Shown here: one piece after another, positions 9,158-19,241 of the stretch
How the letters are laid out: every line of letters begins with the position of its first letter
How positions within the stretch are numbered: the stretch's first letter is position 1
Source: Dehalococcoidia bacterium
GTDB taxonomy: Bacteria; Chloroflexota; Dehalococcoidia; Lucifugimonadales; UBA3495
Direction of reading: 5' to 3'
DNA: 64,000 nt
NCBI GenBank assembly: GCA_030740155.1
Contig: JASLXV010000038.1
Coordinates: 64,001-128,000, forward strand
The notes under the pieces: model-generated
What the model was told of the DNA's origin: nothing
The model's database searches: none
What the model saw: the letters and a program-made list of their open reading frames with translations, nothing else
Program-made: the position numbers and the translations under genes

Positions 9158-12100
9158 GTGGCTGATCTGAAGACCATACTGTTCGTCACCACCGCCGACA
9201 CGGACCTGCTAACCGCCGACCGCGCGCTGGCCGGTATCTCTCTCCCCGGCTTCCCCCAGGTGCGGGCCTTCAACCCCGCCGCGCTCAGCACCCCGGAGGC
9301 CCGAGACGAGCTGCTCCGCGCCGCGGGCCAGGCCAGCGTGGTGCTGCTGCGCTTGCTGGGCGGGAAACGGGCCATGCCCGAAACCTTCGAGCCGCTGGTC
9401 CAGGTCTGCCGTTCCCGGAAGGTGCCCCTGATCGCCTGCCCCGGACACGAGGAGTGGGATGAGGACCTGGTGGCCGCCTGCTCGGCGCCGGCGGCAGAGG
9501 TGGAGACTGTTTTTTCCTACCTGATGCGCGGCGGCGTCCGCAACATCAGGCACCTCTTTCTTTTCCTCAGCGATACCTACCTGGGGACCGGCTTCGGCGC
9601 AGAGGCCCCGGCGCCCCTGCCCTGGGAGGGCATCTATCATCCCGACGTAATCGGGGAAATCGATGTTGAGGCCTTCGAGCGGCAACGCTTTCAGCCGGGG
9701 CGGCCTGGCGTCGCCGTTCTCTTCTACCGGGCCCACTGGATGAGCGGAAACCTGCAGGGCGTGGACGCCCTGATCCGCCGGCTGGAGACCCTTGGCGCCA
9801 ACGTGTTGCCGGTGTTTTCCTACAGCCTGAAACACAGTCCCGAGGGCGACGGACAGGCGCTCCGGACTTTCTCCGAGTTCCTTTCCCGCCCCGACGGCTC
9901 GCCTCGGGTCGACTGCGTGATCAACACCATGGGCATGGCGATGGGGGAGTTGAGCAAAGAGGGGCCCACCATCGCCTCCGGATGGGCGGCAGCCCATCTG
10001 GAGCGGCTGAACGTGCCCATCATCCAGGGCATCGTCAGCACCGGGACCGAGGAAGCTTGGCAGGAAAGCTCCCTGGGGTTGGGCCCCATCGACACGGCGA
10101 TGAGCGTGGCCCTGCCGGAGTTCGACGGGCGCATCATCTCGGTCCCCATATCGTTTAAAGAAGAGAGCGGCGCCCCGCAGTCCAGCCGGATGGACGCACG
10201 GTTGCAGCGGTACATGCCCCGGGAAGACCGGGTGGACCATGTGGCTCGGCTGGCCATCAAGTGGGCCGGCCTTCGCTCGAAACCCAACTCCGAGAAACGC
10301 GTCGCCATCATGTTGAGCAACTACCCCACCAAAGACGCCCGGATCGGCAACGCCGTGGGCCTCGATACCCCGGCCTCAGTGGTTCGCCTTCTCCACGCGC
10401 TCAAATGGGCCGGGTACCACGTGACCGGTATTCCCGAAAGCGGCGACGCCCTGGTGCATAGCATCGTAGAGCGATGCAGCAACGACCAGGACTCCCTGAC
10501 CGAAGAGCAGCTCCGGCTGGCCGTGGGCCACGTGGAGGCCCGTCAATATGGGCAGTGGTTCCAGGGCTTCCCGGATACGGTCAAAGAGGAACTCCTGGAG
10601 GCCTGGGGCGAGCCGCCGGGACAGGTATACCGCACCAACGGCCGCCTGGCCGTGGCCGGCATCGAGTTGGGCAACGTTTTCGTCGGCCTCCAGCCGCCAC
10701 GGGGGTTCGGGCAAAACCCGATAGCCATCTACCACAGCCCCGATCTACCGCCCACCCACCACTATATTGCCTACTACCGGTGGATCCGGGACGTGTTTCG
10801 GGCCGACGCCATGGTCCATGTGGGCAAGCATGGCACCCTGGAATGGCTGCCCGGCAAAGGCATCGGCCTGTCCGCCGCCTGCTACCCCGAGCTAGCCCTT
10901 CAGGACCTGCCCCTATTCTATCCATTCATCATCAACGACCCCGGTGAGGGCGCCCAGGCCAAACGGCGCGCCCACGCCACCATCATCGACCACCTAATTC
11001 CCGCTATGACCACCGCCGACAGCTACGGCGACATCGCCCGGCTGGAGCAACTGCTGGACGAGCACTACCAGTGCCAGACCCTGGACCCGGCCAAGCTTCC
11101 CCTCTTGGAAGCCCAGATATGGGAGCTGATCGAGCAGGCGGAGCTGCACCGGGACCTGGGGGTGAACTCCCAACCCGATGACTTCGCCCAGTTCATTCTG
11201 GAGATCGACGGCTACATCTGCGAGCTGAAGGATGCCCAGATCAAAGACGGCCTCCATACCCTAGGCGAGGTGCCCCAAGGCGAGCAGCTCGTCGGGCTGC
11301 TCAGCTCCTTGAGCCGCCTGGATAGCAGCGTAGTGCCCAGTCTGAGAAGGTCGTTGGCCGAGGCGCTGGGGCTGGACTACGACGGTCTCCTGTCCGACCC
11401 GGGCCTTCCCTTGGAAGGTGAAGTATCCCCGGTCCTGGCCCGCTTGGAGCAAGACGGTCCGGTGCGGACTCGCGGCGACGTGGTGGAGCGTTTGGAGCTG
11501 CTGGGCCGGCGGGCTTACAGCGAGCTGTTAGACCGGGACTTTGCGCCGGAACAGGTACCGCAAGTGGTCGCCGGGCTTCTGGATAAACCCGATCCCCAGA
11601 CGGAGATGGTGTTGACCTACGCGGCGCAGACCGTCTATCCGGCTCTGCTGCGGACCACCGATGAGATAGATAACCTGCTCCGGGGGCTGGAGGGTCAATT
11701 CGTTCCGGCCGGCCCCAGCGGGGCGCCCACCCGTGGCATGGCCAACATCCTGCCCACGGGCCGAAACTTCTACTCGGTGGACCCGAGAACGATCCCCTCT
11801 CCCGCCGCCTGGGAGACGGGGAAGAGGCTGGCCGAGGCGCTGCTGGAAAAGTATCTGAAGGAGGAAGGCTCTTACCCGGAGATGGTCGGGCTGGTGGTCT
11901 GGGGGACGTCGGCAATGCGAACCCATGGGGACGACATCGCCCAGATCCTTCACCTTCTCGGAGTCCGGCCCATTTGGCAACCGGAGAGCCGCCGGGTCAT
12001 GGGTTTGGAGCCCATCCCGTTGGCCGAGTTGGGGCATCCGCGTATCGACGTTACCGTGCGGATCAGCGGCTTCTTCCGGGACGCCTTCCCCAACTTGATC

Positions 12101-13024
12101 AACCTGCTGGACCAGGCGGTGGAGATGGTGGCCGCCCTGGACGAGTCGCCTGAAGAGAACCTGGTGGTCAAACACCTCCGTGAAGACCTGGCAAAGGATG
12201 GAGCCAAAAGTGGGGATGAAGGACCATCGGGCACGTCCCAGGAGGGCGAAACCGGCCCCTCCGGCCGGGCTGCCTCCCTCTACCGGATTTTTGGCAGCAA
12301 GCCGGGGACCTACGGGGCGGGCATCTTGCCCCTCCTGGACGAGCGAAACTGGGAGACGACCCAGGACCTGGCCGAGGTGTACACCGCGTGGGGTGGGTAC
12401 GCCTATACCCAGCAGGAGCATGGGGTGAACGCCCGGCAGGAGTTCCGGCGCCGGTTCAGCCAGATAGTGGTCGCGGCCAAGAACCAGGACAACCGGGAGC
12501 ATGATATCTTCGACAGCGACGACTACATGCAGTACCACGGCGGCATGATCGCCACGGTCCGCGCCCTGACCGGCCGCAACCCCCGGCAGTACTTCGGCGA
12601 CAACTCCGACCCGTCCCGCGCCCAGGTCAGAGACCTGGAGGATGAGGCCCGGCGGGTGTTTCGGAGCCGCGTGGTGAACCCCAAGTGGATCGACTCCATG
12701 AAGCGCCACGGCTACAAGGGCGCCTTCGAGCTGGCCGCCACCGTTGACTACATGTTCGGCTACGACGCCACCGCCCAGATGGTGGACGATTGGATGTACG
12801 AGGACCTTACTGAAAGCTACGTCCTGGACCCGGAGACGCGTCAGTTCTTCCAGGAAAGCAACCCCTGGGCGCTGAAAGGAATCGTGGAGAGGCTCCTGGA
12901 AGCCATCGAGCGGGGCCTCTGGGAGGAGCCGCCGCCGGACATGCGGAAGAAACTGGAGGATATGTACCTGCAACTGGAGGCCGACCTGGAAGCCCGGCAG
13001 GAGAGACCGCCCGGCCCAGGATGA
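9158..13024 (+). CDS. cobN: Cobaltochelatase large subunit CobN
   Basis: 1288 aa; LPEFDGRI, HVGKHGTLEWLPGK, PTGRNFYSVDP, DNREHDIFDSDDY, RVVNPKWI...HGYKGA. Confidence 0.96.
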   Translation: MADLKTILFVTTADTDLLTADRALAGISLPGFPQVRAFNPAALSTPEARDELLRAAGQASVVLLRLLGGKRAMPETFEPLVQVCRSRKVPLIACPGHEEWDEDLVAACSAPAAEVETVFSYLMRGGVRNIRHLFLFLSDTYLGTGFGAEAPAPLPWEGIYHPDVIGEIDVEAFERQRFQPGRPGVAVLFYRAHWMSGNLQGVDALIRRLETLGANVLPVFSYSLKHSPEGDGQALRTFSEFLSRPDGSPRVDCVINTMGMAMGELSKEGPTIASGWAAAHLERLNVPIIQGIVSTGTEEAWQESSLGLGPIDTAMSVALPEFDGRIISVPISFKEESGAPQSSRMDARLQRYMPREDRVDHVARLAIKWAGLRSKPNSEKRVAIMLSNYPTKDARIGNAVGLDTPASVVRLLHALKWAGYHVTGIPESGDALVHSIVERCSNDQDSLTEEQLRLAVGHVEARQYGQWFQGFPDTVKEELLEAWGEPPGQVYRTNGRLAVAGIELGNVFVGLQPPRGFGQNPIAIYHSPDLPPTHHYIAYYRWIRDVFRADAMVHVGKHGTLEWLPGKGIGLSAACYPELALQDLPLFYPFIINDPGEGAQAKRRAHATIIDHLIPAMTTADSYGDIARLEQLLDEHYQCQTLDPAKLPLLEAQIWELIEQAELHRDLGVNSQPDDFAQFILEIDGYICELKDAQIKDGLHTLGEVPQGEQLVGLLSSLSRLDSSVVPSLRRSLAEALGLDYDGLLSDPGLPLEGEVSPVLARLEQDGPVRTRGDVVERLELLGRRAYSELLDRDFAPEQVPQVVAGLLDKPDPQTEMVLTYAAQTVYPALLRTTDEIDNLLRGLEGQFVPAGPSGAPTRGMANILPTGRNFYSVDPRTIPSPAAWETGKRLAEALLEKYLKEEGSYPEMVGLVVWGTSAMRTHGDDIAQILHLLGVRPIWQPESRRVMGLEPIPLAELGHPRIDVTVRISGFFRDAFPNLINLLDQAVEMVAALDESPEENLVVKHLREDLAKDGAKSGDEGPSGTSQEGETGPSGRAASLYRIFGSKPGTYGAGILPLLDERNWETTQDLAEVYTAWGGYAYTQQEHGVNARQEFRRRFSQIVVAAKNQDNREHDIFDSDDYMQYHGGMIATVRALTGRNPRQYFGDNSDPSRAQVRDLEDEARRVFRSRVVNPKWIDSMKRHGYKGAFELAATVDYMFGYDATAQMVDDWMYEDLTESYVLDPETRQFFQESNPWALKGIVERLLEAIERGLWEEPPPDMRKKLEDMYLQLEADLEARQERPPGPG

Positions 13025-13218
13025 AGATGACGCGGGCCGCCCGTCGAGCCGGCCTGCCGGACCGCCCTTTTGTCAAAACCAGCGCAGTCCACGCAATAAG
13101 GGGGGTGATGCCTACGCGAATGGTTCGGCCCACGACGATTGGAAGGCCCGTCGTCGCCCTGCCGGTCTTCAGCAGGGGAGTCTCAGGACTGAATGACCCT
13201 GTGGAAAAGGAGAGAGAT

Positions 13219-13425
13219 ATGCTGGATGCACTACGGGGTGGCCTAGGCGAAAGAGATGTTTCCAGATGGCTGCCGTGGGTTCTCGGAGCAGTGGTGCTGC
13301 TCTACATCATCGGCTACGTGGACGGCACCGTTCACGGAGCAGTGCTGGGCAGTACCGGCGCTAATCTGGGCTACGTGCACGAGTTCTTCCATCATGCACG
13401 CCACGTAGCCATGATGTGCCACTAG
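13219..13425 (+). CDS. cbtB: CbtB-like small cobalt transporter subunit
   Basis: ATG 13219 after SD AAGGAG; one TM helix; His-rich end HEFFHHARH...CH; upstream of cbtA. Confidence 0.8.
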   Translation: MLDALRGGLGERDVSRWLPWVLGAVVLLYIIGYVDGTVHGAVLGSTGANLGYVHEFFHHARHVAMMCH

Positions 13426-13547
13426 AGAGCCATCGGGCTTGGTCGCACGGTTAGGAAGTTTCTCGGAAGTCACCGGGAAGTGGGCCCCCTGCCGTTCAAG
13501 ATAGACGGCGGGGGCGCCCATGAACCGATCCGATAGCTTGCCGCGGT

Positions 13548-13607
13548 GGGTTCGACAAGATCACCACAAGCAGGCACTATTAGCGTGCCCTGAGCCTGTC
13601 GGGGGCA
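13548..13607. repeat. Palindromic repeat, TTCGACAAGCTCA / TGAGCTTGTCGAA family (degenerate copy)
   Basis: GGTTCGACAAGATCACC...CCCTGAGCCTGTCGGGGG; relatives at ~38330-38430 and 62181-62362. Confidence 0.6.
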
Positions 13608-13630
13608 GAGCCTGAGCCCCGGTAAGGATT

Positions 13631-13764
13631 CTAGTACTCAGTCAGCTTAAATCTGCGAATTGTCATTCTGAGCGAAGCGAAGAATCTCAGCGCAACAATG
13701 AGATTCTTCGTCGCTCTGCTCCTCAGAATGACATCCTGCCAAAGCCAAGTTGACTGAGTACTAG
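13631..13764. mobile_element. MITE-like element, 134 bp, with 18-bp terminal inverted repeats
   Basis: CTAGTACTCAGTCAGCTT ... AAGTTGACTGAGTACTAG (17/18 match); internal palindrome TGTCATTCTGAG..GAAGAATCTC / GAGATTCTTC..CTCAGAATGACA. Confidence 0.8.
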
Positions 13765-13806
13765 GCACTTGTTCAATGACTTGTAGACGGATTCTTGCCG
13801 CCCGGT

Positions 13807-13889
13807 CCGTCATCCAGGCGAAGCCTGGGATACAGCCAACGTTTCACTGGATCCTAGTCACTGGATTACGGCCTTCGCCGGAATGATGG
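13807..13889. repeat. GTCATCCCGGCGAAGGCCGGGATCCAG-family palindromic repeat
   Basis: CCGTCATCCAGGCGAAGCCTGGGATACAG...CTGGATTACGGCCTTCGCCGGAATGATGG; same core as the MITE copies at 27694, 31860, 58515 and 63481. Confidence 0.75.
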
Positions 13890-14061
13890 TCGCGGGGAGG
13901 GGATGTCGCATCATTTGTCGAGATTGGGCTATTCTCAAGAAAATCCGCCGGCAATGCTCCGCTCTCCCTCCCGCCCGGGTCCGGGCACTCCTCAGGCGAG
14001 ATGGGTTTTGGGGAGAAGGGGTTGACGGGATGTTCATACGCGCTGGGGTTGAGGTATCATC

Positions 14062-14871
14062 GTGCCAAGGCTGATGTTCATAGCAATGGTGGCGGGGCTC
14101 GTTGCCGGCCTTCTGGTTGGTGGGTTCCACAACCTGTTTACCGTGCCCGTAATGGAGCGGGCCATGGTCCTCGAGGAAGAAAGGGCGGCGGCCGAGACTG
14201 TTCTAGCAGAGGCCGGTAATGACGAGGGACCCCAGGTTTCCCTGGGAGTCCAGCGTGTCGGCTTGGTCGTAGGCACCGGCCTGTACGGCCTGATTCTGGG
14301 ACTCCTCTTTGCCGGGGGGTATTCCCTGCTGCACCGCATCGCTCCCGGCTGGCAGCCGTTGGCGGTGGCCGTGGTGATCGGCGCGCTGGGTTTCTGGGCC
14401 CTATCGCTACTCCCGTTCATAAAATTCCCGCTCAATCCGCCCGGGGTAGGAGATGAGAGCACCCTCATTCAGCGGCAGGGATACCAGACCCTTTTTATGG
14501 CCCTGTCCGTCGTCGGCGCGACGGGGCTACTCCTTGCTTTGCACCAGGTGAGTTCGCAGGTGGCCCTGGCGGCCCAACGTATTTGGCTCTACCTGGCGGT
14601 GCTGTTGGGGTATGCCGCGTTCGTCCTGATAATCGCGTTTGCCACGCCGGGCAACCCTGATCCGGTACCGGTACCGATCGACCTGCTGGAGCTGTTCCGG
14701 ACGCTGACCATGATCGGGCAATTCCTCCTTTGGGCGTTGCTCGCGGCGGGGGTGGTCCTAGCGTTGATGTGGTTCCAATGGCGAGCGCAGCCCGCGCGGT
14801 TTGACGCGGCCTCCGATGAATCCGGGAGACCGGCGGTCCACCCAGAATCCAATAGAAGGACGAGCAGTTAG
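14062..14871 (+). CDS. cbtA: CbtA-family cobalt transporter subunit
   Basis: AGLVAGLL, PVMERAMVLEE, LPFIKFPLNPPGVG, RQ..Q, PIDLLELFR; multiple TM segments. Confidence 0.88.
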   Translation: MPRLMFIAMVAGLVAGLLVGGFHNLFTVPVMERAMVLEEERAAAETVLAEAGNDEGPQVSLGVQRVGLVVGTGLYGLILGLLFAGGYSLLHRIAPGWQPLAVAVVIGALGFWALSLLPFIKFPLNPPGVGDESTLIQRQGYQTLFMALSVVGATGLLLALHQVSSQVALAAQRIWLYLAVLLGYAAFVLIIAFATPGNPDPVPVPIDLLELFRTLTMIGQFLLWALLAAGVVLALMWFQWRAQPARFDAASDESGRPAVHPESNRRTSS

Positions 14872-14874
14872 CCA

Positions 14875-17082
14875 GTGACCGAAAATAATATCCAACAGCC
14901 ATCGGAGCCCCGCTTCCCCTTCACCGCCATAGTCGGGCAGACCGCGATGAAGCGGGCCCTGTTGCTCAACGCCGTCAACCCCAAGATCGGCGGGGTGCTG
15001 ATCCGCGGCAAGAAGGGGACCGCCAAGTCCACGGCGGTACGCTCCCTGGCCGCCCTGCTGCCAGAGGTAGCCGTCCTCCAGGGCTGTCCGTACAGTTGCG
15101 CCCCCGACGCCCGGCAGGGCCTTTGCCAGTGGTGCCAATCGGGGAGCAACGATAATCCGGCGGTGATCCGGCAGGTGCGGATTGTGGAGTTGCCGGTGGG
15201 CGCCACCGAGGACCGGCTGGTCGGCTCCCTGGACATCGAGCAGGCCATCAAGACCGGGACCCGCAGCTTTGAACCCGGCCTCATCGCCGCCACCCACCGG
15301 GGTATCCTGTACATTGACGAGGTCAACCTCCTGAACGACCACCTGGTGGACGTGCTGCTGGACGCGGCGGCCATGGGCCGGAATTACGTCGAGCGGGAAG
15401 GCGTTTCGGTCAGCCACGCCGCCGACTTCATCCTGGTCGGGACCATGAACCCGGAGGAGGGCGACCTGCGCCCCCAGCTTCTGGACCGTTTCGGTCTGGC
15501 CGTGGAGGTGGATGGGGCCTTGCCCGCCGAGGAGAGGCGCGAGGTGGTCCTGCGGCGCATCGCCTACGAGGCCGACCCCTTCCGGTTCATGGGCGAGTGG
15601 CGGAAGGCGGAGGAGCGGGAGAGGGCGCGGTTGCTTCGGAGCCGGCAGCGCTTGGCCCAGGTCGAGGTTGGCAGTGACATCCTGGAGCTGATAACGGATA
15701 TCTGTGCCGAGTACCAGGTCGATGGGCTGCGGGGCGATATCGTGATGTACAAAACCGCCGGCACCATCGCGGCCTACGAGGGCAGGATCAATGTTACCGC
15801 GGAGGACGTCAAGGAAGCCGCCCGGCTGGCCCTGCTCCACCGGCAACGCCGCCAGCCTTTCCAGCAGCCCAACCTGGTCACCGAACAGCTGGATACCATG
15901 ATTGATGAGTTTCAGCAGCAGCAACGCCAGCGAGAGCCGGCGGACTCGCCGGCCGATTTTTCCCAGGACCAGGCCGACGGTGACTCGGACCCCTCTGACT
16001 TAGATAGCCCGGACCTCTCTCCACCCGAGGAACCTGATCCCGAGGGGCCCGGCCCCGAGGGTCCCGGAAATCAGGAACAGCAGTTCGAGGTGGGAAACCC
16101 CTTCTCCGTTCGTGCCCTAGAGGTGCAGCCGCCGGATGAGCGCGCCCGGCAGTCGGCCGGGAGGAGGAGCAAAACGGTCAGCGGCACCTCCGCCGGGCGC
16201 TACGTGGGCGCCAGGGTCCCCCAGGGCGCGGTATCCGACCTGGCCTTGGACGCCACCCTGCGGGCGGCCGCTCCCAATCAAAGACGCCGCCGCGAAGACC
16301 AATCCTCCCCCCATGGCGTCGCCCCTTCTCCTCTCCGTTTCGAAGGAGGGACCAAGGGGAGTCCGGACCCCCCCCGGTCCGGCCCGGCCCTTCTGCTTGA
16401 ACCCTGGGACGTGCGGGAAAAAGTGCGGGAGACCAAAACCGGAAGCCTGATACTCTTCGTCGTCGACGCCAGCGGCTCCATGGGCGCCCAACGGCGGATG
16501 GTGGCGGTCAAGGGGGCCGTCCTCTCCCTGCTCCTGGACGCCTACCAGCGCCGGGACCGGGTGGGATTGATTGCCTTCCGGGGTACCACGGCGGAGCTGC
16601 TGCTGCCCCCCACCAACAGCGTGGAGCTGGCCCAGACGCATCTGTCGGAGATGCCCACCGGCGGGAGGACCCCGTTGAGCTGGGGGCTTCACCTGGCGCT
16701 ACAGGTGATTGAGGCGGAGAAGATGAAGGACCGGGACGTCGTGCCCCTGGTGGTGCTGCTGTCCGACGGGCGGGCCAACGTCACCCTGGCGCAACAGGCC
16801 GGCCCGGCTGACGTTGGAGAGGATAGCCCAACGGCCACCGAAGTCAAAGATGTTGCCTCTCTGTTCAAGGAGAATCGCATCACGTCGGTGGTCATCGATA
16901 CCGAGGACGGCTTCATCAAGATGGGGCTGGCCCGGCCCATCGCCGAGGCCATGGGCGCGAGGTGCCTGCGGCTGGAAGAGCTGCGGGCGGAAGGCCTGGC
17001 CCAAGCGGTCCGCCTCCAGCTACCTACCGCCGGCCCACCGGACCCGATGCCAGAGGAAGAGCCCGAAACGGGATTGACCTGA
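14875..17082 (+). CDS. ChlI/ChlD-type chelatase subunit (AAA+ / acidic-Pro linker / vWA), probable ATPase partner of CobN
   Basis: FPFTAIVGQ, GKKGTAKST, LYIDEVNLL, GTMNPEEGDLRPQLLDRFG; vWA DASGSM, GGRTPL, LSDGRAN. Confidence 0.92.
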   Translation: MTENNIQQPSEPRFPFTAIVGQTAMKRALLLNAVNPKIGGVLIRGKKGTAKSTAVRSLAALLPEVAVLQGCPYSCAPDARQGLCQWCQSGSNDNPAVIRQVRIVELPVGATEDRLVGSLDIEQAIKTGTRSFEPGLIAATHRGILYIDEVNLLNDHLVDVLLDAAAMGRNYVEREGVSVSHAADFILVGTMNPEEGDLRPQLLDRFGLAVEVDGALPAEERREVVLRRIAYEADPFRFMGEWRKAEERERARLLRSRQRLAQVEVGSDILELITDICAEYQVDGLRGDIVMYKTAGTIAAYEGRINVTAEDVKEAARLALLHRQRRQPFQQPNLVTEQLDTMIDEFQQQQRQREPADSPADFSQDQADGDSDPSDLDSPDLSPPEEPDPEGPGPEGPGNQEQQFEVGNPFSVRALEVQPPDERARQSAGRRSKTVSGTSAGRYVGARVPQGAVSDLALDATLRAAAPNQRRRREDQSSPHGVAPSPLRFEGGTKGSPDPPRSGPALLLEPWDVREKVRETKTGSLILFVVDASGSMGAQRRMVAVKGAVLSLLLDAYQRRDRVGLIAFRGTTAELLLPPTNSVELAQTHLSEMPTGGRTPLSWGLHLALQVIEAEKMKDRDVVPLVVLLSDGRANVTLAQQAGPADVGEDSPTATEVKDVASLFKENRITSVVIDTEDGFIKMGLARPIAEAMGARCLRLEELRAEGLAQAVRLQLPTAGPPDPMPEEEPETGLT

Positions 17083-17149
17083 CCCTCACCCAGCCCAAGC
17101 TTCGCTAGGGCATCCCTCTCCCAATGGGAGAGGGAACGAGGGTGAGGGT
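17083..17149. repeat. CCCTCACCC/CCCTCTCCC...GGGAGAGGG/GGGTGAGGG palindromic repeat
   Basis: Related copies at ~31727-31759, 35586-35652 and 41058-41112. Confidence 0.7.
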
Positions 17150-17213
17150 ATCGCCGGCAACCAAATACCCCCGCCCGAAGCGTTGATCCGTGCAACCAGC
17201 AAGCTTTCCTCCG

Positions 17214-17246
17214 TCCCCCTTTGGTAAAGGGGGATTAGGGGGATTT
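17214..17246. repeat. CCCCCTTTGGTAAAGGGGGATTAGGGGGATTT repeat
   Basis: Near-identical copy at 29473-29506 and a variant at 49724-49762. Confidence 0.8.
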
Positions 17247-17385
17247 CCTCCACCCACCAGCAGTAAACGGCCGCCCCCCAGTCCACCAATGTTTACATCG
17301 GCAAAGGGACTTGGTACCCTCTAAGTCGAGATCAGCCTGCGGCCTTCGAAGCTGATCGCTGAAAGCTGATAGCTAGGAGGATCTC

Positions 17386-18765
17386 TTGCCACGATTCCTA
17401 CCATACGCCGACATGGACAAAGTCCTCTCTCTGTCCAAGCGGCGGGGCTTTGTTTTCCAGAGCAGCGAAATCTACGGGGGCCTGGGTTCCACCTGGGACT
17501 ACGGCCCCTTAGGCGTGGAGCTGAAGCGCAACGTCAAAGAGGCCTGGTGGCGCTCGGTCATCCTGGAACGGGACGACATGGTGGGGCTGGACGCCGCCAT
17601 CCTGATGCACCCCCAGGTGTGGGTGGCCAGCGGCCACGTGGAGAACTTCTCCGACCCCCTGGTTGAGTGCAAGGACTGCAATCGCCGGTACCGCAGTGAA
17701 GACCTGGAAGGGGACCGTTGCCCCGAGTGCAATGGCGAGTTCACCGACCCCCGCCAGTTCAACCTGATGTTCAAGACCTTCATGGGCCCTGTCGAGGAGA
17801 CCGCCAACCAGGTCCACCTGCGGCCCGAGACCGCCCAGGGAATCTTCGTCAACTTCGCCAACGTTCTAAACTCAACCCGCAAGAAGCTCCCCTTCGGCAT
17901 CGGCCAGATCGGCAAGGCCTTCCGCAACGAGATTACGCCGGGCAACTTCACCTTCCGAACCCGGGAGTTCGAGCAGATGGAGGTGGAGTTCTTCGTCAAA
18001 CCCGGCACCGACGAAGAGTGGCTGAACACTTGGGTGCAGACCCGGTTCGACTGGTACCTGTCCTACGGGATCCGCCCGGAGAACCTGCGCCTGCGCCGGC
18101 ACGCTCCGGACGAGCTGGCCCACTACGCCAAGGACTGCTACGACATCGAGTACCGGTTCCCCTGGGGTTGGGCCGAGCTGGAGGGTATCGCCAACCGCAC
18201 CGACTTTGACCTGCGCCGGCACTCCGAGGCCAGCGGCCAGGACCTGACCTACTTCGACGAGTCGGTTGAAGACGGGGAGAAGAGGTACTTCCCCTACGTT
18301 ATCGAGCCCTCCGGCGGCGTCGACCGGGCCACGCTGGCCTTCTGGCTGGACTCCTACGACGAGGAGCCGGACCCCGGGCAGAAACAGGGAGACGCGGTCC
18401 GGGTGGTGCTGCACCTGCACACGAAGCTGGCCCCAGTCACGGTGGCGCTGCTGCCCCTGAGCCGCAACGCCCGGCTGGCGCCGGCGGCCCGGGAGGTCTA
18501 CGCCCTGCTGCGCAAGAACTTCAACACCCAGTACGACGATGCTCAGAGTATCGGGCGGCGCTACCGGCGGCAGGACGAGATCGGTACCCCCTACTGCGTC
18601 ACGGTGGACTTCGACAGCCTGGAAGACCAGCAGGTCACGATTCGAGACCGGGATACCATGGAGCAGTCCAGGATACCCATAGCCGACCTGGTGGACGCGC
18701 TCCGCGACAAGATTGACAACGGGGGGGGTAGGGAACGGGCAGCCATCGGCTGCCCCTCCGGCTGA
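17386..18765 (+). CDS. glyS: Glycine--tRNA ligase (homodimeric alpha2 type)
   Basis: KRRGFVF...[52 protein letters not shown]. Confidence 0.97.
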   Translation: MPRFLPYADMDKVLSLSKRRGFVFQSSEIYGGLGSTWDYGPLGVELKRNVKEAWWRSVILERDDMVGLDAAILMHPQVWVASGHVENFSDPLVECKDCNRRYRSEDLEGDRCPECNGEFTDPRQFNLMFKTFMGPVEETANQVHLRPETAQGIFVNFANVLNSTRKKLPFGIGQIGKAFRNEITPGNFTFRTREFEQMEVEFFVKPGTDEEWLNTWVQTRFDWYLSYGIRPENLRLRRHAPDELAHYAKDCYDIEYRFPWGWAELEGIANRTDFDLRRHSEASGQDLTYFDESVEDGEKRYFPYVIEPSGGVDRATLAFWLDSYDEEPDPGQKQGDAVRVVLHLHTKLAPVTVALLPLSRNARLAPAAREVYALLRKNFNTQYDDAQSIGRRYRRQDEIGTPYCVTVDFDSLEDQQVTIRDRDTMEQSRIPIADLVDALRDKIDNGGGRERAAIGCPSG

Positions 18766-18815
18766 TAGCTGACAGCTGATAGCCCACACAACAAAATCCA
18801 GAACCGGGGGAGCCT

Positions 18816-19241
18816 ATGACCAGCGCACAGAGCGGCCAGGCATACCGGATCATCAGGACCATCGAGCGGAACCTGCGGCGGCTGGAAGAGTTGGTCCGCG
18901 ACATGGAAGCCCGGACCCCTGAAATGCGGCCCCAGGACGCCCGCAGCGAGCTGTTGGAGCACGTCCACGTTGCCGGGGCGATGGAGCAGCGGCGGTTATT
19001 CGAGCTGCTGGACCAGCGGGGTATTACCCACGCCTGGATCGGCGCTCAGGTCGGAGCGGAGTACCTGGATCTGTGGCAGGCGGCCGATGGCCAGGCCTGG
19101 TACCGGGTAACCCAGAGAGCCATCCGGGAACTCCACCTGGGCCAGCTAGCTCTCTCCGCTGCCACCTTTGCCCCTCCCTCCGAGTCAGCCTTCAGCGACG
19201 ATTGGGACAGCGAACAGGACTCCGTCTATGACCAGCTATGA
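18816..19241 (+). CDS. Putative antitoxin / hypothetical protein
   Basis: 141 aa; acidic tail SESAFSDDWDSEQDSVYDQL; overlaps the start of the downstream toxin gene. Confidence 0.6.
   Translation: MTSAQSGQAYRIIRTIERNLRRLEELVRDMEARTPEMRPQDARSELLEHVHVAGAMEQRRLFELLDQRGITHAWIGAQVGAEYLDLWQAADGQAWYRVTQRAIRELHLGQLALSAATFAPPSESAFSDDWDSEQDSVYDQL

Noticed and set aside
13030..13215. Second riboswitch (cobalamin or NiCo) before cbtB
   Set aside because: Hairpins are present, but no recognisable consensus motifs.
13021..13218. 134-aa version of cbtB
   Set aside because: The strong SD and the family length favour ATG 13219.
15900..16100. Programmed frameshift in the chlD-like linker
   Set aside because: The gene is continuous and I found no in-frame X XXY YYZ slippery site; GAT TTT TCC does not fit.
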